Source of the DNA: Tubulanus polymorphus
Lineage: Eukaryota; Animalia; Nemertea
DNA length: 64,000 nucleotides
Direction of reading: 5' to 3'
Assembly (NCBI RefSeq): GCF_964204645.1
Contig: NC_134034.1
Span: forward strand, 4,748,914 to 4,812,913
Under the pieces are notes generated by a model. That model saw nothing but the letters and a program-made list of their open reading frames with translations, did no database searches and was not told where the DNA came from. This document shows positions 1 to 10,891 of the stretch, piece after piece (position 1 is the stretch's first letter; the number at the start of each line of letters is the position of its first letter). The translations under genes and the position numbers were made by a program.

Positions 1-1157
1 TTACTCACTCGACCGTTCGACCTTTGGTATGAAACAACTAAACTCCTATTACTTACGTTTAAGCAACTTCTCAATATCGCAACATCTGGAATGTTTATGT
101 ACAACAATCGTCTTTTAAACGTTGATGGCGTTGATGGCGTAACCATGGGCAACCCATTAGGCCCTTCTTTAGCTAACTTCTGTTTGGCACATTTTGAGAA
201 TTTACTATTGTCTGATTGCAAATTCAAACCCACAGTACCTTAGATATGTTGATGACATTTTCTGTATTTTTCGAATTAACTCCAACTATAATTCATTTTT
301 CGATGCATAAAATACTATGCATCCCAATCTGAAATTGACTTTTGAACTTGGCCCGAACATTTTACCCTTTTTAGATACTCTCATTCAAGCACCGACTGAT
401 ACTGGTAGTACTAATTTCATCTCACGCGTGCGTCTATAGAAAAGCTTCTATTACTGGATTACTTTTGAACTATAAATGCAATGTGTCCTTACAATTGGAA
501 AACTGGTCTTATCAACACGATGCTTTTTCGTGCATACAATATATGCAGCAATTGGAACATTCTTTCGGAAGAATTTGAGTCTCTAAAGAAATTATTCAAA
601 CTTAATGGTTATCCTAGCTATGTTTTTGATCGTTGTGTAAAAGGATTTCTCTGACTCTAAATTTGTTACCCAGCTTAGAACCGTCGATGAGAATAAAGTT
701 TCTCTTTTCATGTGGGTTTCCCGTCTATTCTATATGCTCAAAAGTTAAAGAAACTGTTCAAATCGAATTGCGAAATAGACCTTCAATGCTCGTTCGTAAC
801 CACTAAGATTAAGAATTTCTTATCACTTAAATGTCGGACTCCTAAATCCTTGAAAGCTATGGTTGTCTACAAGTACACTTGTTTATGTGATATAAAAACT
901 GCCTATATAGGTAAAACAAAAAGACACCTAGTAACAAGAGTTAAGGAGCACAAACTTAAGACTTCATCAATTGGCCAACATCTGTCAAATTGCCGTGACT
1001 GTCAGGTCTCGTTTAGCGAATTTCAAAATTTTAGATAAAGGATCTACTGATTTAGATTGCAAAATTAGAGAAGCTCTTTTTATCAAAACTCAACAGCCCC
1101 ATCCTTTAACCAAAAACTATTCGAACACGGGTCAGGATTCATTGTCAATGTTTTTAG
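1..1157 (+). pseudogene. Penelope-like retroelement ORF, 3' part (RT + GIY-YIG endonuclease), frameshifted
   Basis: RT motifs DGVTMGNPLGPSLANF (~134-180) and RYVDDIF (~242-262). GIY-YIG motif VVYKYTCLCDIKTAYIGKTKRHLVTRVKEH (ORF 712-1038) and FKILD...KIREALFIK (ORF 971-1261). Several stops and frameshifts. Confidence 0.9.
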
Positions 1158-1174
1158 ATACCGGTAATTTAGAT

Positions 1175-1725
1175 ACTAATGTCTATTTATTAATTGATGA
1201 GACCTGTTTTTCTTGGATATTTTGCTCACTTTTTGGGGTACATACCTCATTTATGTCTTAACAGAATGCCAAAAATCGCGGACAACAACTGAATATCCGA
1301 TATATTTCCAGTTCTGTACCAATTAGATGGATTGGCAAAAAGACTCCTTAAGTCCAGTTGAATGAGAGAGAAAATCCTCCATTTTGTCAAATTTCTTGGA
1401 TTTGAACATTGTTACCATGCCTACGCCACCCTGATTTAGTTGTTGAGACCCCACAAGAAAAATAACTTCATTTCGTAGGCATGGTGACAATGTAAAAATT
1501 CAAGAAATTTGACAAAATGGAGGATTTTCTCTCTCATTCAATTGGACTTAAGGAGTCTTTTTGCCAATCCATCTAATTGGTACAGATCTGGAAATATATC
1601 GGATATTCAGTTGTTGTCCGCGATTTTTGGCATTCTGTTAAGACATAAATGAGGTATGTATCCCAAAAAGTAAGCAAAATATCCAAGAAAAACAGGTCTC
1701 AATCAATTAATAAATAGACATTAGT
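1175..1725. mobile_element. Foldback/MITE-like long inverted repeat (~250-bp arms 1175-1425 and 1474-1725, ~48-bp spacer)
   Basis: actaatgtctatttattaattgatgagacctg... at 1175 is the reverse complement of ...caggtctcaatcaattaataaatagacattagt ending at 1725. The arms match throughout with a few mismatches. Confidence 0.85.
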
Positions 1726-1867
1726 CAAATATCTTCACTCAGTAAGTTAGATTTTGTGTAATAACTATCTTTGTATTATAATTATCTTGTCTCTCAGTAA
1801 TTTGAAATTGTTTGTAATTAGCTTCGTCTTATTCTATACCAGTATGATATGTAAATTTAATCACTTG

Positions 1868-1915
1868 CGCTATGCCTGAAGAGGGGATAATGTAACTCCG
1901 AAAACTTTCGCTATA
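1868..1915 (+). ncRNA. Putative minimal type I hammerhead ribozyme in the Penelope 3'/pLTR region
   Basis: CTGAAGA (1876-1882), stem II GGGG/CTCC, GAAA (1900-1903), short stem III, TC. Stem I (tatgc/gctata) is imperfect. It lies downstream of a Penelope ORF, where hammerheads are known to occur. Confidence 0.55.
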
Positions 1916-4769
1916 ATAGATATATATTACTCATTAGAAAATGAGATTTGTACTGTTTTTGCTTCTATGTATTTTGAATTATCTAGACTCTTTACCTAAG
2001 ATCTACGTTGTTGATTTTTGTTCTCATATCAATTTGGATGGTTTGGACGAAGTGCTGATGGACAACGACATACCATTTTATCCCTTGGAGCTATTGACGT
2101 TTAAGGGGTAAGTACAAGTGGAGTACTCGGTATAGTATATAATTTGCCAAGGTACAAATATGGTCCCGGACAGTTGATTAGATCGGACCGTCGGGGAAGA
2201 GAGGTAACGATGAAGTTAGTAAACTATTAGTTATGTAGGCCTAATTTTGTTTGTGTTTGTTAACTACACTATCAAAACGTGCCCGTGCGGTGTTTACTTT
2301 TAAATTTAATGGAAGATTTATCGGAAAAGAACTCGAAAAGTTAGTCTGAAATGTTGATCCGCCACGAACTTAAAAACGAAACTGCCTTTCTTGTATGAAT
2401 AGGCCTACTAAAGCTGAAAGTGAAATGAAAAGCGAATTTGGATTCTATCCGGGGGTCTTAAGATGAAAGGTACCGGTAGTTATTTAGTTTCTAAGAAAAC
2501 TCGATTTTTTAGATGCCCCGAAACGATCACAGAAAAAGCTATGGCAAGCGAGGATGGAAGGTGATAGAGATGCACATTCTGATATTGCCGGAGCCATGGC
2601 ATGGCGGCTGACCCAAATTCATAGTATAGCCTTTTTGCCTTGCATCATGACTCTGCTGGCTCTACAGGTCTAGAAGTAAGTTTCTCGCGTGGGAAGATGT
2701 GCTCTGTGTGGTGTTCTGTCGTGTTTATGGACGAATGCCTGGTGGATGGATGCTGGACGACGGACTAGCCTAGACCAGAGTGGATGGATGGAGTAGAATG
2801 TGGCGTGGTGGAAATTGCTGCAATTTGCAATGCTGCAAGTGAACGGAGTGTAGTGTCGTCAGCAGTTTTGGTAGGGTTTTCAAGTGAAAATTTTCCAAAC
2901 ACTATACAATCAATTTAAAAGGCCTAGATGAAAGAAGGGTTTATTGTAAGATCATAGCAATTTACAGAACTAAAATCGGTTAAGCCATTTAAAAGTTATG
3001 AACTGAAGGAATTTGTCAGCTGAAAATCACACTTTTCAGCCATAGTAGGCACTTGTACATTCTGCCTGCTCACAGTGTAACAGTCGACAACGCGAAACTG
3101 TGATCGATCGATTGTGCTTTTGTTTAACACTCCGTGGTATTTCCGGGTTCCCCGGGAACCCCGATGACGTAGATACGCGATGACGTCATCACGTGGAAGC
3201 TTTTAAGATGGCGGACATTTTCGGTTTTTGTCTTGTGAAAATCGAGCAAGTATTTCCTATTTTTCGTCAACCATGAAAAATTAAGGTGAGTTCAACGATA
3301 ATTATTTCATTTGCGTGATGTTTCATTTTCTCAAAAACGCCAGCCCTCTGTACTGTCATGTGTTTTAAAGTTAGTAAATGTGGTTTTTAAGAGGGGATCG
3401 ATTCCGCACTTGACTTTAAATGATCCGCCAATTGAAGTGTCAAGACGGGTCGAAGACGAAATCCGCCATTTTGGACATGAAAACGGCCTGATTAATTCTC
3501 CTTAGCCTATATTACATTAATTTATGGTATGATACTTGTTCAAAACCACTTTTATTTAGTGAATTTGAGTGTTTTAAATTTGTTACTGGTGAAAAGAAAT
3601 CATTTTAAGTTTCTGAAGTATGATTTTGAAGTGCCTTTTGAGGTGTTTACAATTTTCGTGATTTGATCACGTGACCGCTATACTGTGCTGCGATTGGTCT
3701 AGACCGCACCAAAATAAAAACATTAACACGTGCTTTATTTTCCTAGAGTTTTTAGGCTGATACACTGTTTATTTCTATGTTTTTGAATGAACAAATCAGT
3801 GGAGTATATCTACCAGATCTTCAAAACTGAAATAATATGGCCTATTTCAGTGTTCTCCACAGGAAAAATTTATATCAGGGCGGAAGTATTCAATATTATC
3901 CTCTCTGGTGAGCACCGAAGGTGCGAAGCCAATGCTGGGGGTTTTGGGGTCCTCCCCCAAGAAAATTTTTAAATTTAACGCCCCCTAAGAGTGTCTGAGT
4001 GTCTGAGAAAAGTCACAGATGATTTTAATGCTGGACGCCAAAAATATCACAATAAATCTACCGATGAAAGACTGGGCGAGTGGCTCAGTTACTATGATGT
4101 TGTCTATTTTTAGAGAAACTGACGACGACCTACGCACCGGAGAGAATGAATGCATGAACAAAAACTTACATGCAATTTTTTAGAAAAAAAGCGCGACGAT
4201 GTCTAAGTTTAAAAACTATTTTGATGAAATCAAATAGGACATAGGCCTACTTTACAAGCAACAGCACGGAGGCAGCGCGGCGTGTAGTGTGAAGAACATG
4301 CCTCAACACGTGGCCTAGTTTTAGTTTTCCAGGAATCCAGGTACTTGGCTTTTGGCCAGGGATATGAATACATTATCACACTCACGCTGAGGCTGACTAT
4401 ATCGCTACATATCACTTTTTTGATGTGTTACCTTCACTGATAAATCTCAGATCAAAGAAAATCCTACTAGATATAAATGACACAATATCAATGGTTAGCA
4501 GTCAACAAAAACGTACGTTTATTGAAAAGGTTACACCGTGTCACTAGACAGGTTGCCTGTCAAGATGGTACCAGTCTAACTTGTGTCACATAGATTTTAT
4601 TAAGTCAAACGAGCAAACATATCTTTCAATTATTTCACAGTTTTTTAAGCTTCATCTTCACTGGCGGATTCTGAATCTACTGAAGTACATGTAGTAAGTA
4701 TTTTATCAAAATCTAATTGAATTTTCCGATTTCTGATTTGATTCCAAAGTTTTGCTGCCTTAACATATG

Positions 4770-4895
4770 GGAGTTCCCTAACAGCTGGTCCCTCAATAGA
4801 TGCCATCATTAAAGCGTTTCATGTTTTTGGGGACAGTCTATTCCTTAATCTTGTCTTAATTCGTTTAAGTTTGCTGAACCCGCGCTCACAGTCGT
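4770..4895 (-). pseudogene. hAT transposase C-terminal dimerization-domain fragment (ZNF862-like)
   Basis: Manual translation CERGFSKLKRIKTRLRNRLSPKT*NALMMASIEGP. Confidence 0.75.
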
Positions 4896-5289
4896 ATGAA
4901 CTTTGCCTCAACAGTATGAACTTTGGCTCTTTATATATAAAATTTAGATCTGATTGTGCCAAATGTGTGAATCAGCGGATTGCAATTAAGGAGGTCTCTT
5001 AGTCGAAACGCAGTCCTATGTATCAACTTAAATCTACAGCGTCTCCCAGAACAGTTCAGCAGTCACTTAATCGTAAGAAGAACATTGAAAGCAGTTTACG
5101 TGCTAAGGCTTAAGCTCTATGTGGAGACCTGAATCAAAAGGAGCGTAAGATTAAAGCTTTAGAGAAAAATGTTGCAACGTAACAGTCAGAACTTGATGAT
5201 AGTGAACATTCAAAAGAAATTTTGGCGGCAAAGTCTCAAATTGACATTTTTAAAAAAAAAACAAAAAGAGATGCAGTTGATAATAGATC

Positions 5290-5532
5290 GGTTAGAATCG
5301 CAGCAAACATGTTATGAGTAGGAACGGATTGAGTTTGTTTGAGCAATTCCTCTGAAGGATTTGCTAAATCACCATTAATATAATCATGTAGCTGACGTTC
5401 CAGGACTTCAATGCAACCAGCCATCAAACTGGAAACAATAGAACGAAACAGTTGCTCTTCCTCAGAATCAGAGAGTGGTGTCTGAAGCGCCATGAATGTC
5501 TTGTCTTGAGCGATACATATACCGACATACAT
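5290..5532 (-). pseudogene. Probable DNA-transposase C-terminal fragment, family uncertain (possibly hATm-like)
   Basis: LERQLHDYINGDLANPSEELLKQTQSVPTHNMFA resembles the P-x-H-N segment that precedes a catalytic Glu. The ORF breaks at that point. Confidence 0.35.
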
Positions 5533-5906
5533 GCCTTATTTCTATTTTTATGGTTAGATTTGGAATCTACAAGTAAAAACCTAAATTTTGATACCCTACA
5601 AGGTCATGGTTAGGTTAGGTAGGGTGAAATCGTTAATTCAATATGGCTGCCATAAAAAATCCAATATGGCCGCCAAATAATGCACAATTTGGCTTTATTT
5701 GTTCTAATTTCTGTATAACTGATGTGTTATGATGTTGCAACTTGTTTTCTGGGCACTGTTATCTTAAAGAAATGTTTGCAAAGCTCAGTTACTCTTTAGA
5801 CGCGAAACTCACATCGAAGGTCATATGAAGTTCAAGGTCATGGTGACCTTTGTCAAGGTCAAGGATATTCAAAAATTTCGTCTCGGGTTGAAAACCTTTG
5901 AATGTA

Positions 5907-8487
5907 CCGTATTTTCCGGCCAATAAGCCGATTTTCTAGCCTCAGAATTTGCCTCCAAAAAATTGGGGTCGGCTTATTCGCCGGTAATATCTTAAACCTA
6001 AAAGTTACTTAGCTCGTTTATGCCACCGACAACTCCGAGCAATGCCGTCAGAGGTCTCTGTGTACCTCACCCGTATGATTTCTCGAACCAGCGATGTCAT
6101 TAAAGGTAGGATATATATGATACCAGGTAAGTATGATACATTACCGGATCATTTTATTTATCATATGTGTAAATAAATAAAGAGACTTTGTCATAAAACA
6201 TATTTGTTTTCTGGAGGATAAACTGCCAATGATCGGTCTTGTCATCCTCTCAGATCGGCAATGTTTTGGTGGAAAAAATGAAAAACTTAACCTGGAACGA
6301 CGAAAGAAGACTATGAGCGACTGTTGAGTTTGAATAGAAGTTATTTATTTATTTGATTACAAATTAGCACCTGCTATACACTATGCACTAAATCATGGAT
6401 AAATATAAAAGATAATAAAGGCATTGACAAATACTATACAAACAAGCACAGAACAATCCAATGAGATCATGAATAATAGAAATCGATAAAGGTTTTTGAT
6501 AATTACTGTACACACAAGCACAGAACAATGTAGCATAATGGTAGTTTAAAATCCGTCGAATTCATCTTCGTCGTCTGATTGTCCGAACAATCGCTCCCAA
6601 TCATCCGCAGAAACGCAGTCATCATACGGATTATTTATCAATTCGTTGAGCGGAATATCATCTTCTGCGTCAAATTCATCATCCGCCCAGATGATATCAT
6701 CCTCTGTACCGTCCAGAGCATTCGATATAGAGCACTTTTTTGAATGATTTCGCAACTGTTTCTAGCTTAATTTCGGTCCAGGCTTTTAAAACCCATTCGC
6801 ACACGGTTACCAACGGAGCGGCGCGCATATTGCCAGCAGGGGTAAATGACTGGTCACCAGACACCATCCACTGGTTCCAGCAACGACGTAAATTGTCTTT
6901 AAATGGTTTGTACTGATGTTAATCCTCCCGGAATGACCGCAATATCCGTGTTAGTATTTCGCAGCGCTGATTTAACGTTATTGCACAAGTGTGATTTAAA
7001 CATATCCCAGACCAAGAGGGATTTTTCTTTTAGCAATCCCCCTGGTCGTCTGCACCACACTTCGTTAATCCATTTAATACACCCAGTATCATCCATCCAG
7101 CCATTCCCCTGGCAGTGTATTATAACTCCTTTCGGAAATTTCCCTTTCTTAGGGAATGTTTTTCGTTTGAATACGACCATCGGCGGTAGTTTAGTTCCAT
7201 CTGCCAAGCAACTTAAAACGACAGTAAAGCGCTGTTTTTCGTGGCCAGACGTTTTCACCCACACTGTTTTTTCCCCATGTTGGTTAACAGTTTTATTTGA
7301 CACCATATCAAAATAAACAGGGGTCTCGTCCATGTTGCCGATAATCTGTTGATCGCCATTGCGTTTTCTGATGTTTATAATGAATCGTTGAAAATTCATT
7401 ATCTTGTCGTCGAGATCTTTTGGCAATTTCTGTGAAATCTTCGTTTTCTGTCGCAAAACGAAATCGTGACGACTCATAAAACGTGTGCACCAGCTCACGG
7501 TTGCTCTAAAATCTTTGGCATATTGTTTATTCTTTTCTGCCCATTTGCTCCCTGGATACAACCAAACCAATCTGACGTTCGGCTGTCCACTTGGCGACTT
7601 CGTTTTCAAGTTCAGGCCATTTGGGCGGATTCTTCAGATTGCATTTGCTCGTCTTTTTCATGCTTTTTAGAGCCGTTAAATTCTTCTTCCATTCCCGCAC
7701 TTGCTTTTCGTTGACGCCAAAGTGAGCAGCAGCAGCAGCGTTAACGTTGGTCGTCTCCATAGCTAGATTAACAACTTTTAATTTGAAATCTGCATCATAT
7801 CGCATTCTTTTCTTCGCTGGAGCCATCGTGAGTGTATCGTGAGTATATTGTATGTAAACTGGAACTGATGATCAGTCTTAAATTTTCAACTATTTATACT
7901 TACTTGCTATGAATTAAATTACTGAGTGGAAATTCTGTGCACTGATTGGTTAATTACTGAGAATTTTCTAATTTTTGAGAGATTTACGAAGTTAGTCATC
8001 GCCTTTGTTTTAATAGTGCCGGATCAGTGACAGGCAACTATAGCCCAAGAAATTAACATGGAATTACAGGAGATGCGCGCTTGGCTATTGATCCTTATTG
8101 ACCCGAATTATCGTGATCAAAGTTTTTCGTTGGTTCTTTAATCTGATAACATAAAGGTACCGAAAATATACGGTCATGCACACAATAAACAAACTATAAT
8201 GCATAAAACAGTTTATTAACGGTAAAATGTATCTTATAAATCTTGCGGTAAGATTGACGTTGTTTCAATATATTGAATTTGAATTGATGTCATTGCGCGA
8301 TCAGCCTCCACTGACTTCAGAGTTATCAGCTGTTGCTATCATCATTTCCTGAAAATAGACTCGGAAAAAATTCAATACCGATTTTTGGACCGCTGCGCAA
8401 GGGACTCGGCTTATTGGGCGGTAATATGCAAAATACCTAATATGAACCTTCAAAAAGTCACCTCGGCTTATTGGCCGGAAAATACGG
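5907..8487 (-). mobile_element. pogo-family (POGK/Passer-like) DNA transposon, full length with TIRs and TA TSD
   Basis: TIR CCGTATTTTCCGGCCAATAAGCCGA at 5907 and its reverse complement ending at 8487. TA at 5905-5906 and 8488-8489. Subterminal TCGGCTTATT copies near 5969 and 8406. Confidence 0.95.
6546..7826 (-). pseudogene. pogo transposase (Brinker-type DBD, CENP-B HTH, DDE_1), frameshifted and missing the third catalytic Asp
   Basis: MAPAKKRMRYDADFKLKVV; F.A..SWC.RFM.RH; GNMDETP; LLVWDMFKSH; IPGGLTSV jumps directly to KPFKD; acidic tail KKCSISNALDGTEDD. Confidence 0.9.
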
Positions 8488-8937
8488 TATATCTGCTGAA
8501 AATTTCATGTAGTTATCTTTACTGTGAGAAAAGTTATGGCTGTTTCAGTAAGAAATCTCATGAAACAATCTCAGTTTTTCAGTCTTTTGTCTTAGTTAAA
8601 TCAAAGACAAAAGGCGACTAATTTCCATACACTTAAATTTTAATATTTCCGCTACTAGGTGAGCTAGAAAGAAAAGTTATATACAGTTGGCTTTGTTTTT
8701 TCATGCTCTTTCACATGAAATTGGTTTCAGGACTCTATCTCCTGCTTGAAAAAAATGTACCAGTGCCTAGCCATAGAGTCTTCATTAGGAAGACTCTGCT
8801 CTTCTTTCGACGGCATCTTGGCTGAGTTTCCGAATTTACTGCTTGTTTATCCTGGTCACGGCACCAAAATGTGGGCTAAGATTGCCACATTCAATGGTCC
8901 AGGATCTGAGTAAAATAAGCAAGACCGCCGAAGAGGT

Positions 8938-9694
8938 CAGGGCTGCCAATGTCTCCGATTTCGGCGGAGTTTGCTACGGTAAAACCAGTAGAACTCCAGT
9001 GCTACGGGAGTGGTGAAAAAACTACGCTCGAGCGTCGGTCTCATTCCGGTACTCCGCCGAAGAGTCAATCGAATAATCAATTTCACTCCGGTGTTCCGTT
9101 AGAATGCCAATCGAATACGCTCAAATCGATTTTGTCATTGTTAAATCCTATCCACAGAACGGTAGTCTTTGGTTTGTGCGCATGCGCAGTTATCAATAAG
9201 CGATCATGAAATGTGATAGTCGGAGGTTGGATTTAGTGTTCACCTGTTAACATGGCGGCATCGTTGTCTGATTTGGATTTTTCGGCAAACGAATCGAATT
9301 CCGATGATGATGAAAGCGAATCGGAAGAAGGTGAAGTAACTGCGAGGAAGAGAAAATCCAAACAAGGGACTAGTAACGAACAACAGAATAAAAAAACCTG
9401 TGTCGCCAATCAAAAATTCAGAGCAGAATAAGTATCCGTGCATTGTTCCATCTCAAATATCAAATAGTTATGCACTGTGTACTGTCTGTAACCTTGATTT
9501 TCTTGTTACACACGGTAGGTTGACAGATGTCAGGAAACGTTTCGGCTGCTGTCGTTTCGGCTGCTACTGAGAAACAATGATTTTCTACTATCACTAGAAT
9601 GTTAGATTTTGCCCTGCTACTGACTGAAATAAGAAAACTACTATCAAAATTGTATTGTGTTACTACAAAAAAAATTGTGAAGTTGGCAGGTCTG
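8938..9694 (+). mobile_element. Non-autonomous hAT derivative, internally deleted relative of 29732-30887
   Basis: Termini CAGGGCTGCCAA...GTTGGCAGGTCTG. Highly similar to the reverse complement of 29732-30887. Retains the N-terminal zinc-finger coding ALCTVCNLDFLVTHG. No TSD seen. Confidence 0.8.
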
Positions 9695-9708
9695 GAACAA
9701 CTTCAGAT

Positions 9709-10580
9709 CCAGCGGGCTATTGCGTTCACTTTTCGACCGTCCATCCTTAGACGGAATCCAGTTATTTTGTGAGTTTTGAAGAGGCTTCAATGTAATGTCT
9801 TGATATTTGGGTTACACATGTATCTACCCTAGACACATCTTCAGCCCAAAAACTGGCCCTGTCAGAATCGAGATGGCCGACTGGCATTTATTGTTGTTCG
9901 CCAAAATCAGCACTTACACGTTTTTGAACTTTTTGAGGGAAATTTTGACGCTTTGATCAATTACCTTGATCTTACGTATATAATTTAATCCCCCCAGGGC
10001 CCATCTGCATAACAAAGATTGGGTCAATCAGACTCAAGATGGCGGTCCAGGAAATGGGTATCAGGAAAATTGCCCCCCAAATTAAATCTTTTTAATCTTA
10101 AAGTAACACAGATGTTTACTTCAAATTAATTAGACGAAGTGAACTTATTCTAGCTAATTACTCTAGGACTGCTTTAAAGTTTTTGATTGGCTAAAGTAAC
10201 ACTGAAACTAATTCCAATAAATCAGCCAATGTTAACTAATGCACTTATAAGTGGACTTATTAAGTTTTCCAAAATTTGGTAAGTGAATTATAATTACACA
10301 AGGACTGATTTAAAGTTTTTGATCTGCACACAACATCAGTAATTCTATATCTTATAAATATATTCAATAATATATAAATGAATTTCTAAGTAAAGTAGGA
10401 CTATTTGGATGGTGTTATTCCAAATCAAAAAGGATTTTATTCGGGGGGGGGGGGGGGGCAATTGTCCTAGGGGCAGTTGTCCAGGGGGTAATTGTCCTAG
10501 AATCCGTCCTATGACCAATTTTGTGCCTAAAAATGTCAATTTTGGCCTGAATTCTGAGTCCTGTTACTTCCTAATGGTTT
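9709..10580 (+). mobile_element. Truncated HINE copy of the same family as 17677-18940, interrupted by a MITE; duplicated at ~13256-14130
   Basis: ccagcgggctattgcgttcacttttcg...gactcaagatggc and gtcctatgacc...ctgagtcctgt match the 5' half of the HINE at 17700-18130. Confidence 0.85.
10056..10505. mobile_element. MITE with imperfect GG-initiated termini and GGACAATTGCCCC-type subterminal repeats; duplicated at ~13603-14055
   Basis: Left end gggtatcaggaaaattgcccccc; right end reverse complement ggattctaggacaattaccccc. It splits the HINE sequence ggcggtcc|...|gtcctatg. Confidence 0.65.
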
Positions 10581-10887
10581 GCCAGAACTATTTTCTATCT
10601 CTTGTTTGCCATGTTCTCGTGACATAACTACGAAGTGGTTATTGATTTTTTGTATACCGCACTCATTACATTTCCTCTGTAAACAATCTGTTCGTGGCCT
10701 ATCATCGTATGGGCAGAGACTCCAGTCAGATGCATAATTCTCTGAGAAAACAATCAAATCTGATCAACACACCCTGATGCAAAAATTTGACACAGCCGGA
10801 AGCAACAGCTTTGTATTACTGCAAATTTCACAGCAGCAAACGATATGTTCAGACATCTCCAGTGAGCGGACATTTTTGGGTCTGAGC
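10580..10887 (-). pseudogene. Cys-rich DNA-transposase fragment (Sola2-like, tentative), the target of the piggyBac insertion; other pieces at 14130-14437 and 16914-17120
   Basis: SYESFIKLRPKNVRSLEMSEHIVCCCEICSN (16914-17120) and LCPYDDRPRTDCLQRKCNECG (ORF 10536-10757). Confidence 0.5.
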
Positions 10888-10891
10888 TTAA

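Noticed and set aside
3140-3200. Palindromes ccgggttcccgggaacccc and gatgacgtcatc (CRE-like)
   Set aside because: Short, probably internal to an unidentified TE promoter region, with no supported boundaries.
10345-10627. PPGQLP / GGNCP repeat ORFs (also 13892-14177)
   Set aside because: They are translations of MITE subterminal repeats and a G homopolymer.
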